NCBI GenBank assembly: GCA_930989465.1
Contig: CAKNLX010000001.1
Span: 5,858 to 69,857, forward strand
Length of the DNA stretch: 64,000 nucleotides
Source: an uncultured Lactobacillus sp.
GTDB lineage: Bacteria > Bacillota > Bacilli > Lactobacillales > Lactobacillaceae
Reading direction: 5' to 3'
Shown here: in pieces, positions 1 through 11,795 of the stretch
How the letters are laid out: each line of letters opens with the position of its first letter
Numbering within the stretch: position 1 is the stretch's first letter
Position numbers and translations under genes: made by a program
The notes under the pieces: model-generated
What the model was told of the DNA's origin: nothing
The model's input: only the letters and a program-made list of their open reading frames with translations
The model's database searches: none

Positions 1-335
1 CCATGTTGTACTAATTCATAATTTAGAAAAGGTAAATCGAAATCAACATTATGCGCTACGAAAACCGTATCTTTTAAAATCTCTACTATCTTCGGTGCAT
101 AAACAGAGAAATCATCTTTCCCTTGTACATCTTCATTATGAATACTAGTCAGATTAACTACAGACTGGGGAATTTCACGATGAGGATTAATCATAAATGA
201 ATATGTCTTAACCACCCTCATATTTTTGATAATTGCACATCCGAACTGAATGATATGATGGCCTTTTTCTCGCTGCGTTCCTGTAGTTTCTAAGTCAACA
301 ACAGCAAAGGTATCTTTTGCAAAAATCTTTGCCAT
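1..335 (-). CDS. dinG: DinG-family 3'-5' exonuclease/helicase, 5' part (runs off window)
   Basis: Not in ORF track. Manual translation from ATG at 335 (RBS AGAAGGA): MAKIFAKDTFAVVDLETTG...VFVAHNVDFDLPFL, the DEDDh exonuclease motifs. Directly follows addA. Confidence 0.88.
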   Translation of the reverse strand, partial: MAKIFAKDTFAVVDLETTGTQREKGHHIIQFGCAIIKNMRVVKTYSFMINPHREIPQSVVNLTSIHNEDVQGKDDFSVYAPKIVEILKDTVFVAHNVDFDLPFLNYELVQH

Positions 336-353
336 CTTTTTCCTTCTTTCTAA

Positions 354-3300
354 CTACTTAACCTCAACTACTTGTTTTGCATCAAGCAGAATTAAATATT
401 TGCCAATAACTTTCTTTTCACTAAATTCATTTAACGCTTGTTCATACAAACGAAGCTGACCAGTATATTTTTCTTTAATTAATTCAATTGATTTATCAAT
501 ATTAGATTTATTCACATGATCAGTTTTGTAATCAAACAAAATGATACCATTCTTTGCTACAAAATAACCATCAATTGTACCGTGAACCAAAATTTTAGCA
601 TCTGGATCACTAAAATCCTTAAATAAAGTTCTAGCTGAAAGCAAACTAGAAAAATCAACTTCTCGCTTTAAATTATCTGGCTCTTTCCAAAAAGCTTTGG
701 CAAAATCACTATGAACAAACCAGTCAATTTGGTCCTTCTTTAAGCTCGAAACAATATCTGGATTCAATTTCTTTTGTTCAATCAACGTTTCTATCTCTTG
801 ATCTAAATTATCTGCACTATCATTCGTGTAATCATAATACTGCAGGATTAAGTGAGTAGCCGTACCGATTTCTGCTCCTGTAAATTTTGTTTGATACAAA
901 AAATTAGGCTTGGTATCAATTGGTTGCAAATAACGATTAGTAGAAGTTAATAAATGTGAATTCTCTAATTCAGCATCTATCGGATCATTAAATGCTTTTT
1001 TGATTTCAGAAACCGCTTGATAAGCCGTAGTTTCACTTGCATCTTTGAAAGGATAATCAAATTGATAAAGCTGGTTGACTGTCTGCGTTAGCAAATTAAG
1101 CTTACTTGTATTTTCCTGCTGCTTATTATCAGTTTCTTCTTTTTCAGTAAATTTAATATCTTCATCCTGATAATCAATAAACAAGATCTTTTGACTTTGA
1201 TCGATTGACTTAGTAACATCACTCAATTTAATAGCCACATGTCGATCAAATCTTAATGAAGGTCCGATAAAACTTAAAGGACTAGTAGCTGATAATTTAT
1301 TAATTAATGGCAGTTGACCAGCGTGATTCAATTCCGTCGACCATTCTTTTACCTTTTTGTTAAAGCTAGGGACATCACCTACCAAAATCAATTTTTGCTT
1401 TGCTCTAGTTAAAGCCACATAAAGAATACGTGCTTCTTCTTCAAGCAATTGCTGTTTTTTAGTAATGTTCCCCATTGCCTTAACTAGTGAGTCTACACGA
1501 TAATGCTTTTCTCTTAAGGTAATCCCCATACTATCAGAGTTAATAATATAATTACCATTTAAATCGCGCATCTGATAATGGTGCTGCATCCCTACATAGA
1601 AAACAATTGGAAACTCTAATCCCTTAGAACCATGAATCGTCATTAATCTAACAGCATTACCAGCTTCTTTAGTTAAAAGTGGCTGTGCTAAATCTTTTTG
1701 ACTACGTCTCATTCTATCAATGAAGTTAATAAATTGATATAGTCCTTTAAAGCCTGCACTTTCATATGAAGAAGCTCTTTCATATAGTGCTTCTAAGTTA
1801 ACTCGCCGCTGCTCACCATTAGGCAATGCCGTCATTATCTCTAATAAATTAGTACGCTCATATATGCTCCAAATTAATTCCGATATTCTATGGGTCGTGG
1901 CAAAACTACGCAATTCTGCTAACTGATTTAAAAAGTTTTTACACTTTTTACTTAACTCATCGTTAGTACCTATATATGAAGTAAGTGCACTATAAAAGTT
2001 GCTATTTTTACTCTTAATTCTAATTCTGGCTAGCTCTTTTTCATCAAAATTGAACAGTGGAGAACGTAATACTGTTACTAATGGAATATCCTGATCAGGA
2101 TTATCAATTATTTTTAAATAATTCATCATGACAGTTAATTCAAAAGTTTGAAAATAGTTTTCTGCATCAGTAACAAATAATGGAATATCTTGCTTAGCAA
2201 ATTCTTGCATAATTTCCAGATTATCACTACGACTTCTAGTTAAAATAGCAATATCACTATATTGCATATCTCGCATTTTACCAGTATTACTGTCAAAAAC
2301 CTGAACGTGTTCTTCTTCTAACTGCTTAATCCGAGCAAGTACCATTTGAATTTCAGAAAAGTCTATCTCACTTTCATCTTTATTAGTGCCGTTTTTCTTT
2401 TCATGAATAATCACTTCACTTGCTTGAGGCAGTGATTTGGGATAATATTTCGCCCCAAAAACTAGCTGCCCTTCTTTTTGATAATCAATCCCACCAAAAT
2501 CAGTACTTAAAATGCTCTTAAACACTAGGTTAACTGTTTCTGTTACTGGCTCGGTTGATCTAAAATTATCTGACAACAAAATCCGTTCTTCATGTTCATT
2601 CTGTTCTTGGGCAAATTGATGATATTTTTGTAAAAACAGACTTGGTTCAGCTTGTCTAAATCCATAAATTGACTGTTTTACATCCCCCACCATGAAAAGA
2701 GTGTTCTTTTCCTCATTTTTAATTTGCTGAATAATTCTTTCCTGCAGAGCATTAATATCCTGATATTCATCAATCAGAATTTCCTTAAACTTATTTTGAT
2801 AAAAATCGCGCGCCATTTGGGAACTAGACGTATCTTGACTTAAGATTTGATAAGCTAATTGCTCCATATCACTATAATCAAGCAAATTTTCATTACGTTT
2901 TAACTGATTAAAGCGTTCAATTAATTTAATTTCAGCAGCTGAAATAGCACTGACAATCTTTTGCCCGTCTTGCATAATCTTGATCTGCTCTTTTTCAGCT
3001 ACCGCAAAAAATGAAGTAAAGGTATCGAATACCTGACTCTTCGATTCATCTTTTAAAGCTTGGATTTCTTCATAAAACTCTACCAGGTCTTCATCCCATT
3101 TTTTCGATTTACGAAAACTAATTGTAAATACGCAGCTTCTTAATAACTCTCTCTGCTTATCATAATCAGCATCTTCTTTAACCGCTTGGACAAAATTATC
3201 TATATTTTGTGCAAACAGCGTGAATGACTCTTTTACCTTAGCCAATTCCTTAGTTTCCATCACAGCTTGTGATAAATAAGATGCTATCTTGTCCTGTAAT

Positions 3301-3968
3301 TCCGAGAATTTAGCCACAATATACGGCTTAATTTGTTTTTGCCAAATCTTTGATTCCACAACGCTGTCTTCAATATCATAAATCTGTGGCAATTGTTTAA
3401 GCCAAGCGCGATATTCTGGTTTTGCCATAGCAAAATTGTATAAATCTAATAGCAAATCACGAGGACTATCTGCATCCCGATCACCAGCGAAATTATCATA
3501 GAAATGTCTAAAAGCTTGATCCTTATTAGTTAACATTTCCCCTTCGATCTCACGCAAAGCACGTTCTTTCAACAAGGCAGCTTGCGTATCATCAGTTAAG
3601 ATCGTAAAACTAGGATCTAACTCAATTGAATAATAAAAGCGATGAATTACATCCAAACAAAATGCATCAATAGTTGAAATATTAGCGGTATCTACCTGAT
3701 TTAACTGCTCACGCAAATATCTATGATTAACTCCAGGTTTGGCTAATTCTTTAGTTAAAGCGGCTTTAATTCTGATCTTCATTTCTTCGGCTGCGGCTTT
3801 GGTAAAAGTCACAACTAATAATTCATCTACTCGCGTACCTGCTAAAATTTCTTTTAAAACACGCTCAACTAAAACAGTAGTTTTACCACTACCGGCAGAT
3901 GCGGAAACTAAAATATCATGCCCTTGATCATTAATTGCTTTTTCTTGTTCTTTTGTAAATTGTGGCAA
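354..3968 (-). CDS. addA: ATP-dependent helicase/nuclease subunit A
   Basis: Walker A SASAGSGKT, DEYQD, VGDVKQSIYGFR, MTIHGSKGLEF, C-terminal nuclease GTID...DYKT. Confidence 0.97.
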   Translation of the reverse strand: MPQFTKEQEKAINDQGHDILVSASAGSGKTTVLVERVLKEILAGTRVDELLVVTFTKAAAEEMKIRIKAALTKELAKPGVNHRYLREQLNQVDTANISTIDAFCLDVIHRFYYSIELDPSFTILTDDTQAALLKERALREIEGEMLTNKDQAFRHFYDNFAGDRDADSPRDLLLDLYNFAMAKPEYRAWLKQLPQIYDIEDSVVESKIWQKQIKPYIVAKFSELQDKIASYLSQAVMETKELAKVKESFTLFAQNIDNFVQAVKEDADYDKQRELLRSCVFTISFRKSKKWDEDLVEFYEEIQALKDESKSQVFDTFTSFFAVAEKEQIKIMQDGQKIVSAISAAEIKLIERFNQLKRNENLLDYSDMEQLAYQILSQDTSSSQMARDFYQNKFKEILIDEYQDINALQERIIQQIKNEEKNTLFMVGDVKQSIYGFRQAEPSLFLQKYHQFAQEQNEHEERILLSDNFRSTEPVTETVNLVFKSILSTDFGGIDYQKEGQLVFGAKYYPKSLPQASEVIIHEKKNGTNKDESEIDFSEIQMVLARIKQLEEEHVQVFDSNTGKMRDMQYSDIAILTRSRSDNLEIMQEFAKQDIPLFVTDAENYFQTFELTVMMNYLKIIDNPDQDIPLVTVLRSPLFNFDEKELARIRIKSKNSNFYSALTSYIGTNDELSKKCKNFLNQLAELRSFATTHRISELIWSIYERTNLLEIMTALPNGEQRRVNLEALYERASSYESAGFKGLYQFINFIDRMRRSQKDLAQPLLTKEAGNAVRLMTIHGSKGLEFPIVFYVGMQHHYQMRDLNGNYIINSDSMGITLREKHYRVDSLVKAMGNITKKQQLLEEEARILYVALTRAKQKLILVGDVPSFNKKVKEWSTELNHAGQLPLINKLSATSPLSFIGPSLRFDRHVAIKLSDVTKSIDQSQKILFIDYQDEDIKFTEKEETDNKQQENTSKLNLLTQTVNQLYQFDYPFKDASETTAYQAVSEIKKAFNDPIDAELENSHLLTSTNRYLQPIDTKPNFLYQTKFTGAEIGTATHLILQYYDYTNDSADNLDQEIETLIEQKKLNPDIVSSLKKDQIDWFVHSDFAKAFWKEPDNLKREVDFSSLLSARTLFKDFSDPDAKILVHGTIDGYFVAKNGIILFDYKTDHVNKSNIDKSIELIKEKYTGQLRLYEQALNEFSEKKVIGKYLILLDAKQVVEVK

Positions 3969-3970
3969 AA

Positions 3971-6900
3971 CTAATCCTTCTTTCCTAGTTTTTCCTTAAT
4001 TTTAGCTAACAAATCTTTCTTACTCATGTTGCTAATCTCGTGATATTGATTATGTCTAAGCATGGCGTCAAAGAAGAAAATATCTTTAAAGTCTGAATAT
4101 GTTAGAGCGTTTTTGCTCCTGCCATAACGATATGGATTTAATTCAATTTGACCAGATAAAATCTGCCTAGAAGCTTCTTTAATAAGATATTCATCATATT
4201 CCAATAGCAACTGAATTTCTTCTTCGCTAAAGTTACGATCTGCTGGCAATTTAAAGCCGCCTTTTGCCTTGGTTCCTACTCCTGTATAAAGTTGAGAAGC
4301 TTGACTAGGCTTACCATCTAATAATGGCTCAGCTTCTAACAAAATTTCCGGATTATTACTAATTAGGCCCGTATACATCAACTTAGGCTTACTATCTATT
4401 GCATTTTCACGTAAGTTTAAGCTGCTATCAATTAACTTATTACTATTTAGTCTTTCTAGCTGTCTAGTAACTGTTTGATAAAAAGCACCTAATAGCGAAA
4501 GCTTGTCCTCTTCCGCAAAGAAATGATTATTATTAGTTAAAACATCCAAGTAAGAAACCATCTGAAGGGCGATACCGTTATAAAACATCCCTAAATCAAA
4601 TTTTTTAGCAGAAGATTTGTAATCGATCACTTGCGCTAAAACTTGATCTTTATTAGCAAAATTAGCTAAATCTACTCGGTCTATTTTCCCGCGTAAATTA
4701 ACTTGATGATTACCAGCTAAATCCGGAATATCTAAACTGATACCTTTAATTTTTTGATCTAAACCAAAACTTAATTCAGAATATTTGGCTCGCAGCGGTG
4801 TTTCAGCTAGTGATTTACGCCAATTTCGAGCTACCTTGGAAGTCGTATGATCTAAACAGTGGAATAAATACTGGTTAAACGGGTCATTCATCAATTGAGC
4901 ATATTTACTTTCATCCTTGATAACATCTCTAACCTGATTAAGTTGCTGCTCAAGCTCTACACTACTTAAATCGGCCAAATCAAGATGCTGTTCATTCAAT
5001 CGCTTAACTAACCGATCAAATGTCTCATGGAAATAATTTCCGGCTTGAATAACATCAAATTCATTTTCAAAGCGGCGCCGTAATTTTAACCCGTAGGTCA
5101 AGAAATACTCATAAGAATTTTCATAAAAAGTCTCCAACTGTGAAACTGATGAATACAAATTCTTACCATATAGTTCCGCTGCTAAATCTTCTCCGATATC
5201 TTCAGGCTGATTATCAAAGTCGCTTGCGTCAAGCACAACTTTTACTTTTTGTGGTAAATATTTCTGTGTAATTCTTAGAAGTTCATTTATTGCATCAGAT
5301 GAAGCATTAGAATTCATATAGGCTAAGTAACCTAGGCTCGCATCAGGATTAGTTATGAAAGATAAAAGATCCTGCATCTTTTCTGGTAGATCATGTTGAC
5401 TAAATTCAGGCGCACCATAATTTTGTAGACGCTGATAATAAATTGACGGATCTAATTTCTCATTTGATGCATTTAACACAGGATAAGAAATATACACTCT
5501 GTCCTGCGCTAAGGCTAAAGACAAGCCAAACTGATAATTTTGATCTAAATTATTTAGTCGCTGATTATCTTCCAAATATGCATCAGATTCAAAACTACTT
5601 TGCAATTGATTTAAATTTTCTGTCGTCAAAAAACCTGGCTTTTTTTCAATTGCAGGTAAATTTCCGCTTGTCGCACCAATAATAAAGACTTGCTTATACC
5701 CACTGGCTTGAACCATTCCCATTTCTGATAAGTTGACAGCATCAAGAGTTGAAGGGATTTGCGAGAAAGCAGCTTCCTTGAATGCGCTAATCATCATATT
5801 AAAAAATTCATCTAAATCAAATTGCTCTGGGTTAATTGCCAGATAATCTTTCAATAATTGAATCAGCAAGTCCCATAATTGTTCAGGTTGCTGTGCTTGT
5901 TGCAAATCACCAGATTCATTCGCATCATCGCGCCATTGTTCTAAACGCTCAGCAATTCCGTTCTTAGTCAAAAAATCAAAGAATATGGTTAGAGCTTTTT
6001 GACTCTCCTTTTCTTGCTCTAATTTAGTAAACAAATTTGTAACTTTATCTACCAAATAACCACGTAATCGATCAATTTTGACCACTTCTTCATCAATTTT
6101 ATCTAATCTGATAACTTCTGCACTTACAAAATCTGCAAAATGTTTTTTCCACAAATTATGATTAATTCCGTGAGCTAAAACAAAATTTTCTAATTCATCT
6201 ACATCATGAATATACTCAGCTTCTTCTTTATACCAAGATGGGATGAGCAAATGCGTCTTTAATATGGCAAGCATACTCTGCGTCTGAAATGGACTATCCT
6301 TTAAGTCACGTAAATTGAACAGATTTTCAATCAATACAACTAGAGGGTGATATTTCATTTCCTGCTGCAAATCATTAAAGAAAGGAATATTATTTTGCCG
6401 CAAAATTGGCGTTAAATATGTCTCATATTCTTTCAAATCCGGTGCCAAAATTAGAAAATCACGGTAGCGATAATTATTCAGAGCCACTTGTTGATAAATT
6501 GTTCGCGCAACAAAATATGCTTCCGCATACCGAGAATCAGCTTTAACAAGTTGTACTTGATTTAATTCATCAACTTTAGGAATCGTTTCTGTCCAAAGGC
6601 TGTTTAGGATTTCACGTGAAGTAGGCTCAGCAGCAATCGGAAATTCATTTGCTACATAATCCATATCTCTCTCTTGCAAAAACGAAACTAATCGCTGGAT
6701 AGTTTGTTGAATGACGTAATCATAATCTCCTTCTTCAGCTTTAGGATTGATGTTTCCTAGTCTCGTTTTAAAAGCCAGTGTTACATCTTTAGCTTTTCTC
6801 ATTAAGATTTGAATAGTTAACATTTCCTGCAGAGAAAAATGAGAGAAATCACAGAAATAAAAACTAACATGTTTTAAATCAGAATTTTTAGCTAAAATTT

Positions 6901-7453
6901 CATTCAACTGTACTTGTACTTCGTTTTTAGTTGAAAATTTGCCCGCTATTTCCTCAATAAAAGCATTATAAATAATCCGTAAATCATGAATTTTACTTTT
7001 AGTTTCTTGATCTAAATTAGTTTCATCTATGTTATCCAAATCCAAATTGCCGTCATACACTTGTAAAATCGTATTATAAAGTTGACGTACCATCCCTGAA
7101 TTACTCTGTTCAAAGATAATCAGCTCGTCTTGCTTTTCCTCAATAATATGGGTTAGCAACATCGCACTAGCAGCATCATCTAATTGTGTAGGCAATCCCT
7201 GTTCAGCATCTTTTAAGAAAAACCACGCTAAACGCGAGAACGATAACACGTACAGATTTTTGACTGCTGTCTCCGTTTGCTTTTTCTTAGATGCAAGTTT
7301 ATTAATCGCTCTAACTTCTGTGGTAAACTTAATATGATTAGGAACGATGATAAAAGTTTTGTTTTCTGGGTGCTTTTGATAATTTTCAATTGCTGAGGCC
7401 AGAATTTTTTCTTGTAATGGGTCAGTTTGTCGTCCTGTTAAAATTTTGATCAT
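3971..7453 (-). CDS. addB: ATP-dependent helicase/nuclease subunit B
   Basis: [27 protein letters not shown] nuclease motifs; adjacent to addA. Confidence 0.95.
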   Translation of the reverse strand: MIKILTGRQTDPLQEKILASAIENYQKHPENKTFIIVPNHIKFTTEVRAINKLASKKKQTETAVKNLYVLSFSRLAWFFLKDAEQGLPTQLDDAASAMLLTHIIEEKQDELIIFEQSNSGMVRQLYNTILQVYDGNLDLDNIDETNLDQETKSKIHDLRIIYNAFIEEIAGKFSTKNEVQVQLNEILAKNSDLKHVSFYFCDFSHFSLQEMLTIQILMRKAKDVTLAFKTRLGNINPKAEEGDYDYVIQQTIQRLVSFLQERDMDYVANEFPIAAEPTSREILNSLWTETIPKVDELNQVQLVKADSRYAEAYFVARTIYQQVALNNYRYRDFLILAPDLKEYETYLTPILRQNNIPFFNDLQQEMKYHPLVVLIENLFNLRDLKDSPFQTQSMLAILKTHLLIPSWYKEEAEYIHDVDELENFVLAHGINHNLWKKHFADFVSAEVIRLDKIDEEVVKIDRLRGYLVDKVTNLFTKLEQEKESQKALTIFFDFLTKNGIAERLEQWRDDANESGDLQQAQQPEQLWDLLIQLLKDYLAINPEQFDLDEFFNMMISAFKEAAFSQIPSTLDAVNLSEMGMVQASGYKQVFIIGATSGNLPAIEKKPGFLTTENLNQLQSSFESDAYLEDNQRLNNLDQNYQFGLSLALAQDRVYISYPVLNASNEKLDPSIYYQRLQNYGAPEFSQHDLPEKMQDLLSFITNPDASLGYLAYMNSNASSDAINELLRITQKYLPQKVKVVLDASDFDNQPEDIGEDLAAELYGKNLYSSVSQLETFYENSYEYFLTYGLKLRRRFENEFDVIQAGNYFHETFDRLVKRLNEQHLDLADLSSVELEQQLNQVRDVIKDESKYAQLMNDPFNQYLFHCLDHTTSKVARNWRKSLAETPLRAKYSELSFGLDQKIKGISLDIPDLAGNHQVNLRGKIDRVDLANFANKDQVLAQVIDYKSSAKKFDLGMFYNGIALQMVSYLDVLTNNNHFFAEEDKLSLLGAFYQTVTRQLERLNSNKLIDSSLNLRENAIDSKPKLMYTGLISNNPEILLEAEPLLDGKPSQASQLYTGVGTKAKGGFKLPADRNFSEEEIQLLLEYDEYLIKEASRQILSGQIELNPYRYGRSKNALTYSDFKDIFFFDAMLRHNQYHEISNMSKKDLLAKIKEKLGKKD

Positions 7454-7534
7454 TTGTTCGCACTTCCTTGTTTATTATTTTATCATAGCAAGGTTGATAT
7501 CTTTTATTAAATCTATTTTAAGGATGATTAAAAA

Positions 7535-8443
7535 ATGAAAACTAGTTTTTTAGCTCATGGGAAAGTAATTATTATTGGTGAACATTCTGTTGTTTACGGC
7601 TATGATGCTTTAGCGATGCCTATCAAAGCTTTGCATATTAAAACTACTGTCGAAAACAATTCTAAAATGTGGATGGATACCGCACGCTACCATGGCTCTT
7701 TTTATGATGCTCCGAGTGAATATGATGGTCTGAAGTATGTTGTCAAAGCTATGCAAAAAAAGGCAAACAACGATGAGCCATTAAAGATCACATATACTGG
7801 AGAAATCCCTATGGAACGAGGATTTGGCTCCAGCGCTACAGTTGCTCTAGGTACTACAAAGGCTTTAAACGAATTCTTTTCTTTAAATTTATCTGAATCT
7901 GAAATTATGGCAGTTACCAATCAGGCAGAAATGATTAATCACGGCAAGGCTTCTGGTCTTGATGCCGCTACAGTTAATTCCAACTACTTAGTATTTTTTA
8001 ACAAAAAAATGGGACCCAAAGTTTTACAAGCTGAATTAGGTGCTACACTTTTAATTATGGACACTGGAGAATTAGGCAATACTAAGAAGGCTGTTACTCA
8101 AGTAAGTCAACTTTTAAGTGAATCAAAAGAGGCAAATGTTAATATGAAACGCTTAGGCGAATTAGCTGATCTGACAAAAAAAGCCTGGATTGATCATGAT
8201 ATCAAAACTGTAGGTAATATTTTTAATGAAGCACAAACGATTTTGCATTCTTTTAATATTTCAACTACCAAAATTGATCAATTACAAAAAATTGCTCTAG
8301 ATAATGGTGCCCTTGGCTTCAAATTATCTGGTGGTGGCTTAGGCGGAATTACTATTGCTCTATGCGAGAACCAAGAAATCGCCAAAAACATTGCGGATAA
8401 ATGTCAAGATCTAATTAGTAACTACTGGGTGGAGAAAATTTAA
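7535..8443 (+). CDS. mvk: mevalonate kinase
   Basis: GEHSVVYG, GHMP motif PMERGFGSSA, KLSGGGLGG. Confidence 0.95.
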   Translation: MKTSFLAHGKVIIIGEHSVVYGYDALAMPIKALHIKTTVENNSKMWMDTARYHGSFYDAPSEYDGLKYVVKAMQKKANNDEPLKITYTGEIPMERGFGSSATVALGTTKALNEFFSLNLSESEIMAVTNQAEMINHGKASGLDAATVNSNYLVFFNKKMGPKVLQAELGATLLIMDTGELGNTKKAVTQVSQLLSESKEANVNMKRLGELADLTKKAWIDHDIKTVGNIFNEAQTILHSFNISTTKIDQLQKIALDNGALGFKLSGGGLGGITIALCENQEIAKNIADKCQDLISNYWVEKI

Positions 8444-9405
8444 TGTCAAAAATAGTACGTGCTCATACAAATATCGCTTTAATTAAATATTGGGGTAAAG
8501 CAAATGCGGAATTAAGACTTCCCTTAATGTCTAGTCTCTCAATGACACTAGATGCTTTTTATACCGATACTACAATCGAAAAGACAAACGATGATCCTGC
8601 TTTTTATTTAAATGGAAAAAAGCAAGATTCTAAACAAAGCCAACGAGTTTTTTCATATTTGGCCAAACTTCAAAATAAATTTGGTTTTCATGACAACTTA
8701 ATCGTTAAATCTGTTAATCATGTTCCAACCTCTGCTGGACTCGCCTCTTCTAGTTCAGCCTTCGCCGCATTGGCAGCTGCTTTTTGCCAATGCTATAATA
8801 TCCAAGTTGACAAAAAAGAGTTGTCACGTTTAGCACGAATCGGTTCTGGTTCCGCATGTCGCTCTATTTTTGGTGGGTTCTCGGTTTGGCAAAAGGGAGA
8901 TTCCGACGAAAGTTCTTATGCATATGCTTTAGATGAACATCCTCAAATGGATCTACACCTTTTGGCTGTAGAATTAAACACTAAGCAAAAGAAGATTTCT
9001 TCTACTAGCGGCATGAAAGAAGCACAATCTTCTCCTTTCTTTAAGCCTTGGCTTGAACGCAATGAAAGTGAACTAAAGCAAATGATTACGGCCATTAAAA
9101 ATAATGACTTTACCGCATTAGGTGAACTAGCAGAATTAAATGCTAATGAAATGCATGCCATCAATTTAACCGCTCAACCTGAATTTACGTACTTTGAACC
9201 AGACACAATTCGCGCCATTAAATTAGTTGAAGATCTTCGCAAAGAAGGAATTGAATGCTACTATACTATAGATGCTGGTCCAAACATTAAAGTTCTTTGC
9301 CGGTTAAGAAATAGCAAAGAAATTGTTGAACGCTTTAAGTCAGTATTTAATAATGTTAATATAGTGATTGCAAATTTTGGTCCTGGTATTACCTACTTGG
9401 ATTAA
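8443..9405 (+). CDS. mvaD: diphosphomevalonate decarboxylase
   Basis: NIALIKYWGK, GLASSSS, SGSACRS, DAGPN. Confidence 0.96.
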   Translation: MSKIVRAHTNIALIKYWGKANAELRLPLMSSLSMTLDAFYTDTTIEKTNDDPAFYLNGKKQDSKQSQRVFSYLAKLQNKFGFHDNLIVKSVNHVPTSAGLASSSSAFAALAAAFCQCYNIQVDKKELSRLARIGSGSACRSIFGGFSVWQKGDSDESSYAYALDEHPQMDLHLLAVELNTKQKKISSTSGMKEAQSSPFFKPWLERNESELKQMITAIKNNDFTALGELAELNANEMHAINLTAQPEFTYFEPDTIRAIKLVEDLRKEGIECYYTIDAGPNIKVLCRLRNSKEIVERFKSVFNNVNIVIANFGPGITYLD

Positions 9406-9448
9406 TCGTTGTAATAGAAAGTTAATTAGATTCGAGGATTTAATTCTT

Positions 9449-10531
9449 TTGATAACAGAAAAAGCACCCGGAAAATTATATATCGCTGGAGAATACGCCG
9501 TTTTAGAACAAAACTGTCCTGCTGTTTTAGTTGCCGTGAATCAATTTGTACGTGTTTCAATTACTAAAAGCAAGACTTCTACGGGCTTAATCCACTCTAA
9601 ACAATATTCACAAGATTCTATTCACTGGATCCGTCAAGGTTCTAAGATGGTAATCGATAATCGTGATAACCCATTTGAATACATTTTATCTGCAATTTCT
9701 TACACAGAACAATATTGTATTGAACAAAACATTAAGATGAAAGTCTACGATCTGCATGTTAATTCAGATCTAGATTCTGCTGATGGTAAAAAGTATGGTT
9801 TAGGTTCAAGTGCCGCTGTCACTGTAGCTACGGTTAAAGCTATTTTACACTTCTATGGTGTCAAAATGAGCAATGAACTAGTATATAAATTATCTGCCAT
9901 TTCCCATTATTCTGTCCAAGGTAATGGTTCTGCTGGTGACATTGCAGCTAGTGTTTATGGTGGTTGGCTAGCCTACCAAACTTTTGATAAAAAATGGCTA
10001 CAATATGAATTAGCTAATAAAACCTTATCAGAAGTCGTAAATGAAGCTTGGCCAGGACTTAAGATTGAGTTGCTAACCCCACCTCACGATATGAAATTAA
10101 TGATTGGTTGGAGTCAAAAGCCAGCATCAACTTCTCGTTTAGTTGATGAAACCAACGCTAATAAGGCAGCTTTAAATATGGAATACAAAAACTTCTTAGC
10201 TGCTTCTAGAGAATGCGTATTAAAGATGATTGCCGGCTTTGAGGCAAATGATATTCCATTAATAAAGAAGCAAATTCGTGTTAATCGTCATTTATTACAA
10301 CATTTTGCTAAAATTAACCAAATTGCCATTGAAATTCCACGTTTGACTCAATTAATCAAAATTGCTGAAGACTTTGGTGGTGCCGCAAAAACTTCTGGGG
10401 CTGGTAATGGTGATTGCGGAATTGTAATCACTGATTCAGATACTGACGTTGATGCCTTAGAGAATGAATGGCGTCGTAATGGTATTCTGCCTTTGAACTT
10501 TAGAGTTCACCAAATTAGCCTTGCTCACTAA
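9449..10531 (+). CDS. mvaK2: phosphomevalonate kinase
   Basis: APGKLYIAGEYAV, KYGLGSSAA, KTSGAGNGDCG. Start moved to TTG 9449 after RBS GAGGA. Confidence 0.95.
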   Translation: MITEKAPGKLYIAGEYAVLEQNCPAVLVAVNQFVRVSITKSKTSTGLIHSKQYSQDSIHWIRQGSKMVIDNRDNPFEYILSAISYTEQYCIEQNIKMKVYDLHVNSDLDSADGKKYGLGSSAAVTVATVKAILHFYGVKMSNELVYKLSAISHYSVQGNGSAGDIAASVYGGWLAYQTFDKKWLQYELANKTLSEVVNEAWPGLKIELLTPPHDMKLMIGWSQKPASTSRLVDETNANKAALNMEYKNFLAASRECVLKMIAGFEANDIPLIKKQIRVNRHLLQHFAKINQIAIEIPRLTQLIKIAEDFGGAAKTSGAGNGDCGIVITDSDTDVDALENEWRRNGILPLNFRVHQISLAH

Positions 10532-10543
10532 TTGGAGAAAAAT

Positions 10544-11560
10544 ATGTCAATTAGATCTGAAAGAAAAGAAGAACATCTGAAATTAGCTCAGATGTTTTTT
10601 AATAAAGAAAAATATAATAGTTTTGATCAAATGCATCTGTTACGCCCTGCTCTACCAGAAAGTAAGGTTGATCAATCTGTTTTGGCAACAGAAATGTTTA
10701 ATAAAAGCGTTTCTGCTCCTTTTTTTATCAATGCAATGACAGGTGGATCAAAGCAATCCTTAATAATTAATCAGGCTCTGGGAAAGATCGCACATCAAGA
10801 AAAGATTGCTCTAGCTCTTGGTTCTGCTAGCATTTTAGCTAAGGAAAAGGATCAATTAGAAAGTTTTTATGTTGCTCGCAATGAAGACCCAAATGGCGTT
10901 TTAATTGTCAATGTTAATCCTGAAACGCCTGTAAAAGCTATTCAAAAAATTATTCAAGAACTTGATGCAGATGCTCTGCAAGTTCACCTCAACACAGTAC
11001 AGGAAGTTGCTATGCCTGAGGGTGATCGCAACTTTTATTGGCTAGAGAATATTAAAGAAATCCGCGATCAAATCGATGTTCCAATCATCATTAAAGAAGT
11101 CGGCTTTGGTCTTGATCAAGACAGCATTTACCTACTTAAAGAAAATGGCATTAAGTATTTTGACGTTGCAGGTAGTGGCGGAACAAACTTCGCGCAAATT
11201 GAAAATGCACGAAATGCTCGCGATGTCTCATATCTTGAAGATATTGGCTTACCCACTGTTATTTCAGCTTTGATGGCACAAAAAGAGGACGTTAACTTTA
11301 TTGTATCTGGCGGCGTACGTAATCCACTAGACGTCTTAAAGGGATTATCTTTAGGTGGACAGTATGTTGGCATTTCTAATGTCTTTTTACAGGAATTCAA
11401 CGAAAATAGTTTTGAAGGACTTCAAACCTTAATCAGCGATTGGAAAGATGAATTAGCTGCTTTAATTGCGATTTATGGTAAAAACGATTTGGCATCCCTA
11501 CCCCAAATAAAAAAATACTATGATCTACAACTAAAGAACCAAATAGATCAATTAATTTAA
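10544..11560 (+). CDS. fni: type 2 (FMN-dependent) isopentenyl-diphosphate isomerase
   Basis: RKEEHL, NAMTGGS, KEVGFG, SGGTNF. ATG 10544 after GGAG. Confidence 0.95.
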   Translation: MSIRSERKEEHLKLAQMFFNKEKYNSFDQMHLLRPALPESKVDQSVLATEMFNKSVSAPFFINAMTGGSKQSLIINQALGKIAHQEKIALALGSASILAKEKDQLESFYVARNEDPNGVLIVNVNPETPVKAIQKIIQELDADALQVHLNTVQEVAMPEGDRNFYWLENIKEIRDQIDVPIIIKEVGFGLDQDSIYLLKENGIKYFDVAGSGGTNFAQIENARNARDVSYLEDIGLPTVISALMAQKEDVNFIVSGGVRNPLDVLKGLSLGGQYVGISNVFLQEFNENSFEGLQTLISDWKDELAALIAIYGKNDLASLPQIKKYYDLQLKNQIDQLI

Positions 11561-11564
11561 TATC

Positions 11565-11593
11565 AAAAAAGCACTAGACAATCTAGTGCTTTT
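11565..11593 (+). terminator. intrinsic terminator after fni
   Basis: AAAAGCACTAGA-CAA-TCTAGTGCTTTT hairpin. Confidence 0.8.
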
Positions 11594-11621
11594 ATTTTAC
11601 ATAATTTTTATTATTTTGGCC
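11594..11621 (-). other. dif-like (XerD-arm) site 1
   Basis: Minus strand GGCCAAAATAA-TAAAAA-TTATGTAAAAT; 11-6-11 layout, right arm 10/11 to the B. subtilis XerD arm TTATGTAAACT. Confidence 0.5.
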
Positions 11622-11660
11622 TCTATATCTTTCTTACTTTTATTTTTATTGTAGAAAAGA

Positions 11661-11708
11661 AAAAGGATTAAGCATTCCTGATCCCCGGATCTAATGCTTA
11701 ATCCTTTT
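11661..11708 (-). terminator. terminator of rsmF operon
   Basis: Perfect 16-bp inverted repeat AAAAGGATTAAGCATT/AATGCTTAATCCTTTT. Confidence 0.75.
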
Positions 11709-11795
11709 AATATTTATTTAGTTCTTTTTCTTACGGTCCAAGCCGAAGATTGAGAAACAGTCGAAAAATTTCTTTTATAGCCGCAACTGCCGCGA

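Noticed and set aside
11709-11795. Relatively GC-rich 3' region of rsmF as a possible sRNA or small ORF
   Set aside because: No RBS/start or convincing structure found.
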